A DNA stretch of 64,000 bases. It comes from an uncultured Chitinophagaceae bacterium. Its GTDB lineage: Bacteria > Bacteroidota > Bacteroidia > Chitinophagales > LD1. Shown piece after piece: positions 45,302 to 56,094 of the stretch. A model generated the notes under the pieces. It did not search any database, was not told the DNA's origin, and saw nothing but the letters and a program-made list of their open reading frames with translations. The stretch spans positions 107,660-171,659 of the forward strand of contig CAZNDJ010000001.1 in the NCBI GenBank assembly GCA_964571705.1, written 5' to 3'. Position 1 is the first letter of the stretch. Each line of letters begins with the position of its first letter. The translations under genes were made by a program, and so were the position numbers.

Positions 45302-46384
45302 TTGCAAGAAAACATCAAGCATAAAAAAATCCTGATCTGTGTGCTAAACTGGGGCATAGGCCATGCCAGCCGCATGATCCCTATCATACAGCTATTGCGC
45401 CGCTATGGCCAGACTGTCTACCTGGCCAGCGATGGTGATGCGCTGGCGCTGCTGCGCAGGGAGTTTCCGGATATAGAGTATTGCGTGCTACCGGCCTACG
45501 ACCCTGTGTATCAGAGTGGCGAGAGTGGTATGCTTCCCAAGATGATCTCCCAGATCCCAAAGTTCTCAAAGGCCATCCGTCAGGAGCACGCGATAGTAGA
45601 GCGGCTGATCCGTGAGAAGCGGATAGACATCGTGATCAGCGACAATCGCTACGGCTGTTATTCCCATCGCGTCAAAAGCATCCTCATTACCCATCAGCTC
45701 ACCATCCAGATGCCGGATATGCTGGACTTTCTCGGCGCCTTTGTCAATTATTACAACCGGCAGCAGATAAAAAATTTCTATCGCGTCTGGGTGCCCGACT
45801 TCAGAGATGGGCGCAACCTGACCGGGGCCCTGTCATCATCTGGTAGTATAGAGAGACGCTATATAGGCCAGCTCTCGCGAATGCATGACCTGCAGGGAGT
45901 AGAGCAGCGGTATGATATCATGGCGCTGGTATCAGGGCCAGAACCTCAGCGCTCAAAATTTGAAGAAATCCTCAGGGCCCAGCTAAAAGAGTACTCCGGC
46001 TCCTCACTACTGGTGCGCGGCAAGCCTGAGGGTACCAGTGAGATCAGTACTGATGGGCGCCTGAGCGTGGTAGACTACCTCGGCTCCGAGCAGCTCAACC
46101 TGGCACTGCAGCAGACCGGACTCGTAGTGTGCCGCTCCGGCTATAGCACTATCATGGACCTGGCTCGCCTGGGCAAAAGCGCGATATTTGTACCGACTCC
46201 GGGTCAGACAGAGCAGATCTACCTGGCACGGGAGCTGGAGAAACGAGGCATTGCCCTCTACCGGGAGCAGCGGGACTTTCACCTGGGCCGCGCACTGGGC
46301 AAGGTGAAACTCTACAGTGGATTCAAAAGTGCCAACTATACAAACGATGTGCTGGAAACTGCCATCCTCAAAATGCTGAAATGA
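45302..46384 (+). CDS. Glycosyltransferase, MurG/GT28-like
   Basis: KILICVLNWGIGHASR (G-loop), then C-terminal CRSGYSTIMDLARLGKSAIFVPTPGQTEQ. The start codon is TTG in the track. Confidence 0.7.
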   Translation: MQENIKHKKILICVLNWGIGHASRMIPIIQLLRRYGQTVYLASDGDALALLRREFPDIEYCVLPAYDPVYQSGESGMLPKMISQIPKFSKAIRQEHAIVERLIREKRIDIVISDNRYGCYSHRVKSILITHQLTIQMPDMLDFLGAFVNYYNRQQIKNFYRVWVPDFRDGRNLTGALSSSGSIERRYIGQLSRMHDLQGVEQRYDIMALVSGPEPQRSKFEEILRAQLKEYSGSSLLVRGKPEGTSEISTDGRLSVVDYLGSEQLNLALQQTGLVVCRSGYSTIMDLARLGKSAIFVPTPGQTEQIYLARELEKRGIALYREQRDFHLGRALGKVKLYSGFKSANYTNDVLETAILKMLK

Positions 46385-46749
46385 TCTACCAGAGAGCCAT
46401 CAAACTGATCAAAAGCTTCGGATACGCCTGGCAGGGCATAGCGATAGCCACGCGTGAGCAGCTCAATATCAAGATACACTGGCTGGCCATTATCTGCGTG
46501 TGCATAGCCGGCTGGTACTGGCACATATCTGAGCAGGAGTGGTGCTGGATCATTCTTTGCTTCGGCATGGTACTTTGCGCAGAGCTATTCAACTCTGCCA
46601 TAGAGGACCTGGTCAATTTCATCTCACCTGGCCATCACCACCTGGCCGGCAAAATAAAAGACATGGCCGCCGGTGCGGTACTCGTCACCGCTATAGCCGC
46701 CGCACTCATCGCTTTCCTTATCTTTAGAAAACATTTACCATTCATATGA
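46381..46749 (+). CDS. dgkA: Diacylglycerol/undecaprenol kinase
   Basis: Three TM segments. The motifs EQLNIKIH and AELFNSAIE..VN..S..H.L.G..KD.AAGAVL are DgkA hallmarks. Confidence 0.85.
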   Translation: MIYQRAIKLIKSFGYAWQGIAIATREQLNIKIHWLAIICVCIAGWYWHISEQEWCWIILCFGMVLCAELFNSAIEDLVNFISPGHHHLAGKIKDMAAGAVLVTAIAAALIAFLIFRKHLPFI

Positions 46750-47456
46750 AGAAGCTTATTGCATTGCTCCCGCTGCTTATCGTTTCAGCTGTCATGTTTG
46801 CTCAGTCATTCACTGGTGCACTCCGTACTGAGTATAAAGACGAAAACGGCAGGCAGAATAACGCTGAGATCTTTATCAAAGGCGACAAGTGCTATATCCG
46901 CAAAATATCCGGTGGTGCCAAATATGCTGCATATATCCTCGACATCACTAATCACAGCCTCACCTGTCTCAATGACCAGGGCAATAAGACGGCTGTCGTA
47001 TTTGATATAGACAAAGTGCTGCCGATATATGAAAAGAATGCCTACCTGCCTGGATACAAAGTGCACAACACCCAGGCCTATCGCAATACCGGCGCTACAG
47101 AAAAAATAGGTGATCAGACTGCATCTATCAAAAAGGCTATCACTGATAGCTTCTCCTACGAGATCAAAACGGCAGACCTCAAGATCAATGTGCAGCGGCT
47201 CATCCCCGTGCTGCGGCTCGCTGGCTTCTGGGGTCCTGCAGAGGACGGCAGCAATGCGATCCTGCAGGGCAAAGTAATGAACCGCAAAACGTCAAAGACC
47301 AGCACACTTGCCATGACTCCAGTCAAAATGGAGCCAGATACAAAGCTATTTGACGTATCTAAGGACTACCAGGTAGTAGACATCAATAAGTTTATGGCAG
47401 ATCAGGCGCATAATGCCAAAATGGGAGACTTTGTGCGAGGTTTTGTAGGTATCTGA
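46746..47456 (+). CDS. Secreted hypothetical protein (236 aa)
   Basis: Signal peptide MKKLIALLPLLIVSAVMFAQ. No firm domain call. Confidence 0.55.
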   Translation: MKKLIALLPLLIVSAVMFAQSFTGALRTEYKDENGRQNNAEIFIKGDKCYIRKISGGAKYAAYILDITNHSLTCLNDQGNKTAVVFDIDKVLPIYEKNAYLPGYKVHNTQAYRNTGATEKIGDQTASIKKAITDSFSYEIKTADLKINVQRLIPVLRLAGFWGPAEDGSNAILQGKVMNRKTSKTSTLAMTPVKMEPDTKLFDVSKDYQVVDINKFMADQAHNAKMGDFVRGFVGI

Positions 47457-47465
47457 TCAGAGGCT

Positions 47466-48173
47466 TTATTCCGCTATCGCAGAGATATGGCCCTCAGCAT
47501 CCGGGCCATTCATATCAGGAGCCTGCTCAGAGGTCACCGTGTTTTCATCCGTCATATTTCCCTCTACAGGATGGTGGAAAAATGTCTTGTGAAAGATAAT
47601 GATGATAGCTACACCTATAGTGATAGCCGCATCAGCTATATTGAATATGGGGCGAAAGAATTCATAAAATTCCCCTTTCCAGATAGGAAACCAATCCGGG
47701 AATACTCCATGGACCACAGGAAACCAAAGCATATCTACGACATTACCCCTCAGAAAGCCTGCATAACCTCCACCTTTTGGAAACACTTCGGCCACCCGGC
47801 CCACGCTATCGGTAAAGATCAATCCGTAGAAAGCGCTGTCTACCATATTGCCTATTGCACCTGCCAGTATCATAGCGCCGCTGTAGATGAGGCCTGGATG
47901 GTACTTCTCTTTGATCAGGCTGCGCAGCATATAGATGATAAAACCTATCGCCACCAGCCGGAATACAGATAGCAGCAGCTTGCCGTACTGAGATGGCAGC
48001 TCCATGCTGAATGCCATTCCTACATTCTCTACAAAGTGCAGGCGAAACCAGCGGCCTGCCACGAGTATTTCTTCGCCTTCTATCATATGCGTCTTGATCA
48101 CCAGCTTGATGAGCTGATCCAGAAAGACTATGAGAAGAACGATGATAATGGCATTTCTGCTTGTCTTGTTCAT
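47466..48173 (-). CDS. lspA: Lipoprotein signal peptidase II
   Basis: VLLIVFLDQLIK, FVENVGMAF, NVVDML and FNIADAAI motifs. Immediately downstream of ileS, which is the conserved synteny. Confidence 0.85.
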   Translation of the reverse strand: MNKTSRNAIIIVLLIVFLDQLIKLVIKTHMIEGEEILVAGRWFRLHFVENVGMAFSMELPSQYGKLLLSVFRLVAIGFIIYMLRSLIKEKYHPGLIYSGAMILAGAIGNMVDSAFYGLIFTDSVGRVAEVFPKGGGYAGFLRGNVVDMLWFPVVHGVFPDWFPIWKGEFYEFFRPIFNIADAAITIGVAIIIIFHKTFFHHPVEGNMTDENTVTSEQAPDMNGPDAEGHISAIAE

Positions 48174-48175
48174 GC

Positions 48176-51100
48176 TTAGTTGAGTTGCACGCTTACCTTC
48201 AGCGTAGAGTCATTGAATTCTATTTCATCATAGTCGGCCAGTGTCTCCACCAGCTCGATCTTATTGGCCAGTATCTCATTGGCTATATAGTCATGATACT
48301 GCGCCAGTGCGGCCTCCAGAGATGGCTCCCGCACCACTGACACACGTATGCGGTCCAGCACCTGAAAGTCTTTGTCCTTCCGGATGTTCTGCACCTTATT
48401 GACAAATTCGCGGGCCACACCTTCATTGCGCAGGGCGTCTGTGATATTGACATCGAGCGCTACGGTCAGCGGGCCGTCATTGGCCACGAGCCAGCCAGGT
48501 ATGTCTTCTGATATGATCTCTACATCCTCTGCCGTCAGGTCAAAAGACTGTCCCTCCAGTGTCAGCTGGTATGCCTTATCTGTTTCAAACCGAGCGATAT
48601 CATCCTGCGTGAAAGCTACGATAGCCTCCTGCACCAGCTTCATCTTCGCACCGGCCTTCTTGCCCAGTGATTTGAAGTTTGGCTTTGCCTTCTTCTTTAC
48701 GATGCCTGCGGTGTCCGTCACATACTGTATCTCCTTCACGTTCACTTCGCTCAGGATATAGCTTTCTACTTTCTCCAGTTGCGCTTTCATCTTGAGGTCC
48801 AGTACCGGTATCAGCACCTTGCTGAGCGGCTGGCGCACCTTGATGAGAACTTTTTTGCGGAGTGACAGGATGAGCGATGTAAATCGCTGCGCCAGCTCCA
48901 TACGCTCCTCCAGGTCTTTGTCTACAAGGCTTTCATCAGCTTTGGCCAGCAGGGTGAGGTGCACCGATTCGATCTGATGCTCTCCTGTCAGATTCCGATA
49001 CAGCCAGTCGCTAAAGAACGGCGACACCGGGCTCATGAGCTGCGCCACTACATAGAGACACTCATGCAGCGTCTCATAGGCTGCCTGTTTGTCGCGGCCC
49101 ATCTCGCCCTTCCAGAAGCGGCGGCGTGAGAGGCGCACGTACCAGTTGGACAGGTGCGCATCTACGAATGCTTCTATAGCACGTGCGGCACGTGTAGGCT
49201 CGTAGTCCTCGTAGTAGCCTGTCACTTCCTTCACCAGAGACTGCAGCTTGGAGATGATCCAGCGGTCCAGCTCCGTACGCTCTGCCATGGGCACAAGGTG
49301 TGCGCGGTCCACTTTGAAGCCATCGATATTAGCATACAGCGCAAAGAAGCCGTATGTATTATACAGCGTACCAAAGTGCGCACGCGTCACCTCCTCGATA
49401 CCCTTGAGGTCAAACTTGAGGTTATCCCACGGATCGCTATTGCGTATCATGTACCAGCGTGTAGCATCGGCGCTGTATTTCTCTATCGTCTCAAATGGCT
49501 CTACGATATTGCCCAGGCGCTTGCTCATCTTCACGCCGTTCTTGTCCAGCAGCAGGCCGTTTGATACTACATTCTTGTATGCCACTGAGTCAAACAGCGC
49601 TACACCGAGCACATGCAGTGTAAAGAACCAGCCACGTGTCTGGTCCACACCTTCTGCTATGAAGTCTGCCGGGAAGTTGGCCTTGAAAACGCCATCATTC
49701 TCCATAGGCCAGTGCCACTGCGCGTACGGCATAGCACCCGAGTCAAACCACACGTCTATCAGGTCAGACTCGCGGTACATAGGCTGGCCACTGTCAGATA
49801 GCAGCACCATCTCATCTACGTGCGGTTTGTGCAGGTCCGTGAGGTCTGTATTCTGCTCTTTGCCATCCGGTGTCTTGATGCCGGCAGCTATTGCCTTTTC
49901 TACTTCCTTCTTCAGCTCGTCTATAGAGCCTATGCATTTTTCCTCTTTGCCATCTCGGGTGCGCCAGATAGGCAGCGGTGTGCCCCAGTAGCGCGAGCGG
50001 GAGAGGTTCCAGTCTACGAGGTTCTCCAGCCACTGGCCAAATCGTCCCTCACCTGTATAGGCCGGCTTCCAGTTGATCGTTTTATTTAGCTCTATCAGGC
50101 GGTCCTTTACGGCAGTGGTCTTGATAAACCAGCTATCCAGCGGGTAGTATATCACCGGCTTGTCCGTGCGCCAGCAGTGCGGATAGGTATGCTCGTACTT
50201 TTCTGATTTGAAAAGCTTATTCTCCTTCTTGAGTTTATCTACCAGGCGTATGTCTACACTCAGGTAGTTGTCACGGCGTTGCTTTTGTGCTTCCGCGGCT
50301 TTCTCCTCTTCGGTGTAGTAGCCCTCCTTCACATATTCACCCGAGAACTCCCCTACTCCATCTGTGAATCGTCCTTGCTCATTGACCAGCAGGAAGTCTG
50401 TCACGATGCCATTGAGCCTGGCCACACGCATATCATCTGCACCATGTACCGGGGATATGTGGACTACACCCGTACCATCTGTAGTGGTCACAAAGTCTCC
50501 CGGTATCACGCGAAACGCATCACCATCAGGCTGAGAGAATGGGAAGAGTTGCTCATACTTCACCCCTACCAGGTCAGCACCTGTACCCACCTCTTTGCGG
50601 TCACGTATCTCTAGATTATTCCAGGAGAAGGTTTTCTCTACGAGATCGGCAGCGAGTATCACACTCACCTCCTGCTTGCTGTAGAAATTGACAGTTTTGA
50701 CCTTGACGTATTTCACACCCGGGCCTACTGCCAGTGCTACGTTAGACGGCAGTGTCCACGGTGTAGTGGTCCATGCCAGTATGCGTACATCCTCATCTGC
50801 GCTGTCGAATAGTGGAGCAGACTTTTCATCCTTCACTACCTTAAACATGCCTATGGCCGTGATATCTTTCACATCGCGGTAGCAGCCCGGTTGATTGAGC
50901 TCCGCTGCGCTCAGGCCCGTACCCGCCGCAGGAGAGTATGGCTGTATGGTAAAGCCTTTGTACAAAAGGCCCTTTTCGTAAAGTATCTTGAGCAGCGCCC
51001 ATAGAGACTCGATGTAGGTATCATCGCAGGTCACATATGGATGCTCCATATCTACCCAGTAGCCCATCTTGGCGGTGAGGTCCTGCCAGATATCTGTGTA

Positions 51101-51502
51101 CTTCAGTACATCAGCGCGGCAGTGCTTATTGTACTCCGCTACTGATATCTTGGTGCCTATGTCCTTCTTAGTGATGCCGAGTTCCTTCTCCACATTCAGC
51201 TCTATAGGCAGGCCATGCGTATCCCAGCCGGCCTTGCGCTCTACACGGTAGCCCTGCAGCGTCTTGAACCGGCAGAAGAGATCCTTGATCGTCCGGCCCA
51301 TCACGTGGTGGATACCCGGTTTGCCATTGGCAGAGGGTGGTCCTTCGTAGAAGATAAAGCGCTTGTCCTCAGAGCGGGATGTCACACTCTTTTCAAATAT
51401 CTTATTGTGCTCCCAAAACAGCTGAATATCCTTCTCCATAGATGGGAGGTGGAGCTGGGAGTACTCAGGATAGCCGGGGCTGTCAGTGTTTTTGGGTTTC
51501 AT
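48176..51502 (-). CDS. ileS: Isoleucine--tRNA ligase
   Basis: HIGH-type PSANGKPGIHHVMGRT and KMSKS-type VKMSKRLGN. 1108 aa with the class Ia architecture. Confidence 0.95.
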   Translation of the reverse strand: MKPKNTDSPGYPEYSQLHLPSMEKDIQLFWEHNKIFEKSVTSRSEDKRFIFYEGPPSANGKPGIHHVMGRTIKDLFCRFKTLQGYRVERKAGWDTHGLPIELNVEKELGITKKDIGTKISVAEYNKHCRADVLKYTDIWQDLTAKMGYWVDMEHPYVTCDDTYIESLWALLKILYEKGLLYKGFTIQPYSPAAGTGLSAAELNQPGCYRDVKDITAIGMFKVVKDEKSAPLFDSADEDVRILAWTTTPWTLPSNVALAVGPGVKYVKVKTVNFYSKQEVSVILAADLVEKTFSWNNLEIRDRKEVGTGADLVGVKYEQLFPFSQPDGDAFRVIPGDFVTTTDGTGVVHISPVHGADDMRVARLNGIVTDFLLVNEQGRFTDGVGEFSGEYVKEGYYTEEEKAAEAQKQRRDNYLSVDIRLVDKLKKENKLFKSEKYEHTYPHCWRTDKPVIYYPLDSWFIKTTAVKDRLIELNKTINWKPAYTGEGRFGQWLENLVDWNLSRSRYWGTPLPIWRTRDGKEEKCIGSIDELKKEVEKAIAAGIKTPDGKEQNTDLTDLHKPHVDEMVLLSDSGQPMYRESDLIDVWFDSGAMPYAQWHWPMENDGVFKANFPADFIAEGVDQTRGWFFTLHVLGVALFDSVAYKNVVSNGLLLDKNGVKMSKRLGNIVEPFETIEKYSADATRWYMIRNSDPWDNLKFDLKGIEEVTRAHFGTLYNTYGFFALYANIDGFKVDRAHLVPMAERTELDRWIISKLQSLVKEVTGYYEDYEPTRAARAIEAFVDAHLSNWYVRLSRRRFWKGEMGRDKQAAYETLHECLYVVAQLMSPVSPFFSDWLYRNLTGEHQIESVHLTLLAKADESLVDKDLEERMELAQRFTSLILSLRKKVLIKVRQPLSKVLIPVLDLKMKAQLEKVESYILSEVNVKEIQYVTDTAGIVKKKAKPNFKSLGKKAGAKMKLVQEAIVAFTQDDIARFETDKAYQLTLEGQSFDLTAEDVEIISEDIPGWLVANDGPLTVALDVNITDALRNEGVAREFVNKVQNIRKDKDFQVLDRIRVSVVREPSLEAALAQYHDYIANEILANKIELVETLADYDEIEFNDSTLKVSVQLN

Positions 51503-51737
51503 TTTGAGATAAATATGATCGCTTGGTGATATGAATAAAACAGCCAGCCCGCTGGGGCTGACCGCCTTTTATGGCCGCCAAAAATAGGCAAAAATCCTGT
51601 ACCTGTACAGGCTATATGCCTAGTCGCTACCCGCCCTCTGCCTGTGGCTAACGTCTATACTACCAATATTATAGCCGGGCATATACTATCGGCGGCGAAT
51701 CACCGTTAGAGACGGGATTTTTAGATACTTTAGTCAC

Positions 51738-54047
51738 ATGAAGAAGACCCTTTTGAGTTTTGGTTTCTCCCTGCTGCTGGCCTCCGGCCTCATGGCCCAG
51801 CAGCGCCCCCTCGGCACCTGGGAGAGCTTCCCTCCTTACAATAGCGCCCTGCAGGTAGTGCAGAGCGATGACAGGATATACTGTGCTACGCCTTATTCGC
51901 TTTTCTATGTAGAAAAGGCCGATGGTAGCACCACTCCCCTGACCAAGACGACAGGTCTCAGCGACGCCAAGCCGACCCACCTGGCATACCATGCTACCAA
52001 AAACACTTTGGTGATCACCTATAGTACCAGCAATATAGACCTGCTGGTCAATGGCACCGACCTGTACAACATCCCTGATATCCGCAATGCCTCAGTAGGC
52101 AGTTCAAAAAACATCAATGATGTAGCTATCATCGGTGAGTATGCTTATCTGGCCACTGATCTGGGTATATCAGTGCTGGACCTGGACAAGAAAGAGATCA
52201 AGGACAATTATATCATCGGCGATACTGGTCAAAACATCAAGATCTATAGCATAGCCTCTGATGGCACCACCATCTATGCGGCCACCGAAGAAGGTCTGAA
52301 ATCAGCTCCACTCGCCTCCGGCAACCTGCAAAACTTTAACAACTGGACGAAGTATGGTAGCAGCAGTGGCCTGCCCTCCGGAGCAGCCGATCTGGTAGGC
52401 CAGCTAAACGGGCGCTTCTATGTGACCGTGCGGGATTCACTTTATGCCATGACTGGCAATACATTCAACAAAGTGCGCTTTGATGCGGGTTTCACATATC
52501 ACTCTTTCAGCTCCTCTGATGGATACCTTTATGCCTTTCTCTGGACAAATGGTCCTGACGAAAAGACACTTCGAATCAAACCTGACGGTACGATTCAGGA
52601 AGTGTATTTTGCCAATAGCCCGAAGCCATCACAGATCATCAAGAATGGAAATGACAACTGGATAGCAGACCTATGGGGTGGACTCATTCACTACCAGGAT
52701 ACGACTTTCATAGAGCATCTCGGACCAGCAGGCCCTCCGAGTGCTAATGTGTTTCGTATGGGTACTTCATCAGATAATACGCTCTATCTGGCAGCCGGAG
52801 GGACAGATGGCGCCTATATCAACTATAACTACGATCCTACAGGGCCTGTCATTTTCGATCATCAAACCTGGAAGAACTACAATATCAATGTCTACGGCCT
52901 GATAGGAGGATGCTATGATCTCGTAGATGTAGCGGTAGATGATATAAACAATAAAGTATACTTTGCCTCACTCCGTGGCGGTTTGGTAGAGCTGAACAGG
53001 AGAACTGGAGAATTGATAAAGTATGACAACACTAATAGTAACGGCACCCTGCAAACACAGACTGGTGACCCAAGCGTGGTCAAGGTAAGCGCCCTCTGCG
53101 TGGATGGCTCTGGCAATCTATGGATGAGCAATACGGGAACCTCAAGAACGCTGGTAGTAAAGACCCCTGATGGCCAGTGGGCCAGCTTCAATGTACCAAA
53201 TGACGTAGTCACAGCACGACAGATGATAGCAGATGACTATGGCCAGATATGGATAGCGGGTCGTGCCAATAACATGGTAGTCTATAATCCCGGCTACAAT
53301 GTACTGGATGCATCAGATGATAAATATGCGACCATGACCACAGCTACAGGCGGTGGTGGCCTGCCCAATACAAACGTCTGGACCATGGCCAAAGACAAGA
53401 ACGGAGATATATGGGTAGGTACAGATATAGGTATAGGGACTTTCTACTGCGCAGGTAGCGCTACATCAGACTACGGCTGCGATGCTACGCGTATCAAGGT
53501 AGATCAGGGTGGTTTCATAGGTTATCTTTTTTCTACGGAGATCGTACAGGCGCTGGCTGTAGACGGGGCCAACCGCAAGTGGGTAGGCAGCACTAACGGA
53601 GTGTGGCTGATCAGCGAGGACGGTACCAAGCAGCTACTCCACTTCACCGCGGACAATAGCCCACTCCCATCAAATAACATCACCAGCATCACGGTCTGTG
53701 AGAAGAGTGGTGAGGTGTTTATCGGTACGGAGCTCGGCCTCGTGAGCTACCAGAGCGATGCCATACTGGGTGAGTCTACCAAGGGCAAACCACTGGTATA
53801 TCCTAATCCTGTACGCCCTGACTATACGGGCCCGATAGCTATCAAAGGCCTCGTGGATAATGCCTATGTGAAGATCATGGATGCAGGCGGCATGCTCATC
53901 TATCAGGGCCGGGCCAATGGGGGTCAGATGATATGGGATGGCAAAGGCTACGATGGCCAGAAAGCGCATACGGGTGTGTACTTTGTCTATGCTGCTACTG
54001 ATCTGGGCAAGGAGCACAACGTAGGCAAGATCGTCTTTATCAATTAA
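51738..54047 (+). CDS. Beta-propeller protein with a T9SS C-terminal sorting domain (PorZ-like)
   Basis: Signal peptide. Repeated propeller-type blades (..IWIAG.., ..IWVGTDIGI.., ..KWVGSTNGVW..). C-terminus VYPNPVRPDY....VKIMDAGGMLIY....GVYFVYA....KIVFIN. Size (769 aa) is close to PorZ. Confidence 0.6.
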   Translation: MKKTLLSFGFSLLLASGLMAQQRPLGTWESFPPYNSALQVVQSDDRIYCATPYSLFYVEKADGSTTPLTKTTGLSDAKPTHLAYHATKNTLVITYSTSNIDLLVNGTDLYNIPDIRNASVGSSKNINDVAIIGEYAYLATDLGISVLDLDKKEIKDNYIIGDTGQNIKIYSIASDGTTIYAATEEGLKSAPLASGNLQNFNNWTKYGSSSGLPSGAADLVGQLNGRFYVTVRDSLYAMTGNTFNKVRFDAGFTYHSFSSSDGYLYAFLWTNGPDEKTLRIKPDGTIQEVYFANSPKPSQIIKNGNDNWIADLWGGLIHYQDTTFIEHLGPAGPPSANVFRMGTSSDNTLYLAAGGTDGAYINYNYDPTGPVIFDHQTWKNYNINVYGLIGGCYDLVDVAVDDINNKVYFASLRGGLVELNRRTGELIKYDNTNSNGTLQTQTGDPSVVKVSALCVDGSGNLWMSNTGTSRTLVVKTPDGQWASFNVPNDVVTARQMIADDYGQIWIAGRANNMVVYNPGYNVLDASDDKYATMTTATGGGGLPNTNVWTMAKDKNGDIWVGTDIGIGTFYCAGSATSDYGCDATRIKVDQGGFIGYLFSTEIVQALAVDGANRKWVGSTNGVWLISEDGTKQLLHFTADNSPLPSNNITSITVCEKSGEVFIGTELGLVSYQSDAILGESTKGKPLVYPNPVRPDYTGPIAIKGLVDNAYVKIMDAGGMLIYQGRANGGQMIWDGKGYDGQKAHTGVYFVYAATDLGKEHNVGKIVFIN

Positions 54048-56028
54048 GCCTTCTTCGGTATAAACCTATACCTGCTGTCAGCATAGTGACGATCAGCAGT
54101 GTGTAAATAAATGCGGCTTTAGCTCCTTTAGGAGAAAAGTAAAAGTCTACCTGATGATGCCCTATTGGCACGCTACAGGATACAAAATGATCGGCATTCT
54201 CTGCCACTGGCACCTCCATTTTATCTATACTAGCCCTCCATCCTGGGAAGTATATCTGCGCCAATGTCAGCTGCATATCCTGACTGCAGTCCACCTCTAT
54301 ACCAAAGCGGCCAGGATCAAAGGCGCTGATTTGAATGGTAGTTTTACGATCTCCCGACACCAGAGGCTTGTGTCCATATCTCTGAAAGAAGTCTGCCTGC
54401 TCCCGCATAAGATTATAAGTTTTAAGGTTGAAGCCATTGTACCCTTCAAATGATATTTGCTTTCGCAGGAAGCCTGCATTCTGCCAGAGCGGCGGCGCGA
54501 TAGTGGAGTCATTCCACTGGCCATATGAGGTGATGGGATCATTGGATGGCAACGGAAATCCACGTGGGTATTGGTCTATGACCTTTTGGATCGAGGAGAG
54601 TGGCCGGTCACAAGCTATAGTGATAAACATCGTCCGCTGTACTGATAGACCGAGGTCGATAATAAGCAGCAATGCAATAAGCACTTTCCTCACAGGCCAT
54701 GACAAAAATGACTCTGGCAATGCCAGTACAACAAGGGCTGCCAGCGCTATACAGACCACAGAGAGACTGACAGAGGCGATGGCATGCATGACCGTAGTAC
54801 CGGCAATAGTCAGCCCTGCGATCCATATGACAGCAGTCATGATAAATAATACAAGTACAGCATTCCTCAGTCTCCGTCTGAAACGCTGATCCTCTATAGC
54901 GTCAAAGCCTATCGCACTAAGCACAATGAATCCTATGCAGGTAAATAGGCGGAATATTCCCGCATGGCGGAAGAGCTTCATAAGTGGCACATAGTCATAC
55001 AGCCATCCACGTAGGGGTGTATGGCCTCCCATAGCTGCCAGTAGTGTCAGCAGGCTCGCCAAGGCTATCATCACTGTCCTGCGTCCAGGCTGCAACAGTA
55101 TGACCAGTACGACTAGCAGTAGAGGAAGAAGGCCGATGTATAGGCTCTGCATAGTGGTGTCCGTACCCCATGATAAATTGCCATCGCCCGTCAGCGCGGG
55201 GTAGACCATCGTGAGCAGGCATACAGGCGTGAATGGAATGCCACCGGCAGTGGCCCGGGTGATACCTTCTCCCCTGTCTATGTATGGTTGCCCTTGTGCT
55301 ACCGCATACAGGAATCCCGCTGACACTATCGCCACGAACAGGCCTAGCCATAGGTGGCGGGTCAGCAGTTTTATGACTACCGCGCTTCGCATAGGCTGTT
55401 TACCTATGTGATACAGGAAGACGGCCGCCATCACATAGATCAGTATGATAGTGATCCCTACATAGCCACCCGTCACCTCCATATATACATATAGCGCAGT
55501 GAGTAGCAGGTGATAGATGCGTCCATTCCTTAGCCACTGTATATAGCAGGATAATACGAGCGGCACCCAGGCCATACTGACTACGAGCGTAGTATGGGTA
55601 GCATGCCCCGTCATGGGTCCTGACATGGCATAAAGCACGCCGAATACTGATGCTGTAGCGCCACTGATACCGAGCGTCCTGAGCAGTGACCTCATGCCCC
55701 AGGCCGCAAGCAAGACGTGAATGAAAAACTCAAGATCATTACTGCGGAGGGTGTAGTGGCCACCGAGGGTCAGGAGCCACACGATGGGGTAGAACAGGCC
55801 ACTCTGCGGGTCGGCATACAGCGGGTATCCGAGCCTGCTATATGGTGCCCACAGCGGCAGTACATGTGCATGAAAACACTCTGCTATGTACCTATGCCAG
55901 ACGAAGATCTGGTTGACGGCGTCCCACTGGAGCGGGTAGTGGCAGAGGGCTACCTGCCAGTAGGCAGCTATGAGTACTGCTACCATCCATATGGCGGGCC
56001 GTGCGGCTATTTGAGCAAGTCTTTGCAT
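54040..56028 (-). CDS. YfhO-like polytopic membrane protein (putative glycosyl carrier-dependent transferase)
   Basis: More than 12 hydrophobic spans followed by a C-terminal extracytoplasmic domain and a final TM segment. Start trimmed to ATG 56028. Confidence 0.55.
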   Translation of the reverse strand: MQRLAQIAARPAIWMVAVLIAAYWQVALCHYPLQWDAVNQIFVWHRYIAECFHAHVLPLWAPYSRLGYPLYADPQSGLFYPIVWLLTLGGHYTLRSNDLEFFIHVLLAAWGMRSLLRTLGISGATASVFGVLYAMSGPMTGHATHTTLVVSMAWVPLVLSCYIQWLRNGRIYHLLLTALYVYMEVTGGYVGITIILIYVMAAVFLYHIGKQPMRSAVVIKLLTRHLWLGLFVAIVSAGFLYAVAQGQPYIDRGEGITRATAGGIPFTPVCLLTMVYPALTGDGNLSWGTDTTMQSLYIGLLPLLLVVLVILLQPGRRTVMIALASLLTLLAAMGGHTPLRGWLYDYVPLMKLFRHAGIFRLFTCIGFIVLSAIGFDAIEDQRFRRRLRNAVLVLFIMTAVIWIAGLTIAGTTVMHAIASVSLSVVCIALAALVVLALPESFLSWPVRKVLIALLLIIDLGLSVQRTMFITIACDRPLSSIQKVIDQYPRGFPLPSNDPITSYGQWNDSTIAPPLWQNAGFLRKQISFEGYNGFNLKTYNLMREQADFFQRYGHKPLVSGDRKTTIQISAFDPGRFGIEVDCSQDMQLTLAQIYFPGWRASIDKMEVPVAENADHFVSCSVPIGHHQVDFYFSPKGAKAAFIYTLLIVTMLTAGIGLYRRRLN

Positions 56029-56094
56029 TTTAGCGGGGCGGTGGGGCGATGAAGATAGCAAAGGTGGCCCTATTTAGCGCATAGCGATACTCTG

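Noticed and set aside
49248-49991. Plus-strand 247-aa ORF and several others inside ileS (48372-51529).
   Set aside because: They are antisense shadows of ileS and are Ser/Arg-rich.
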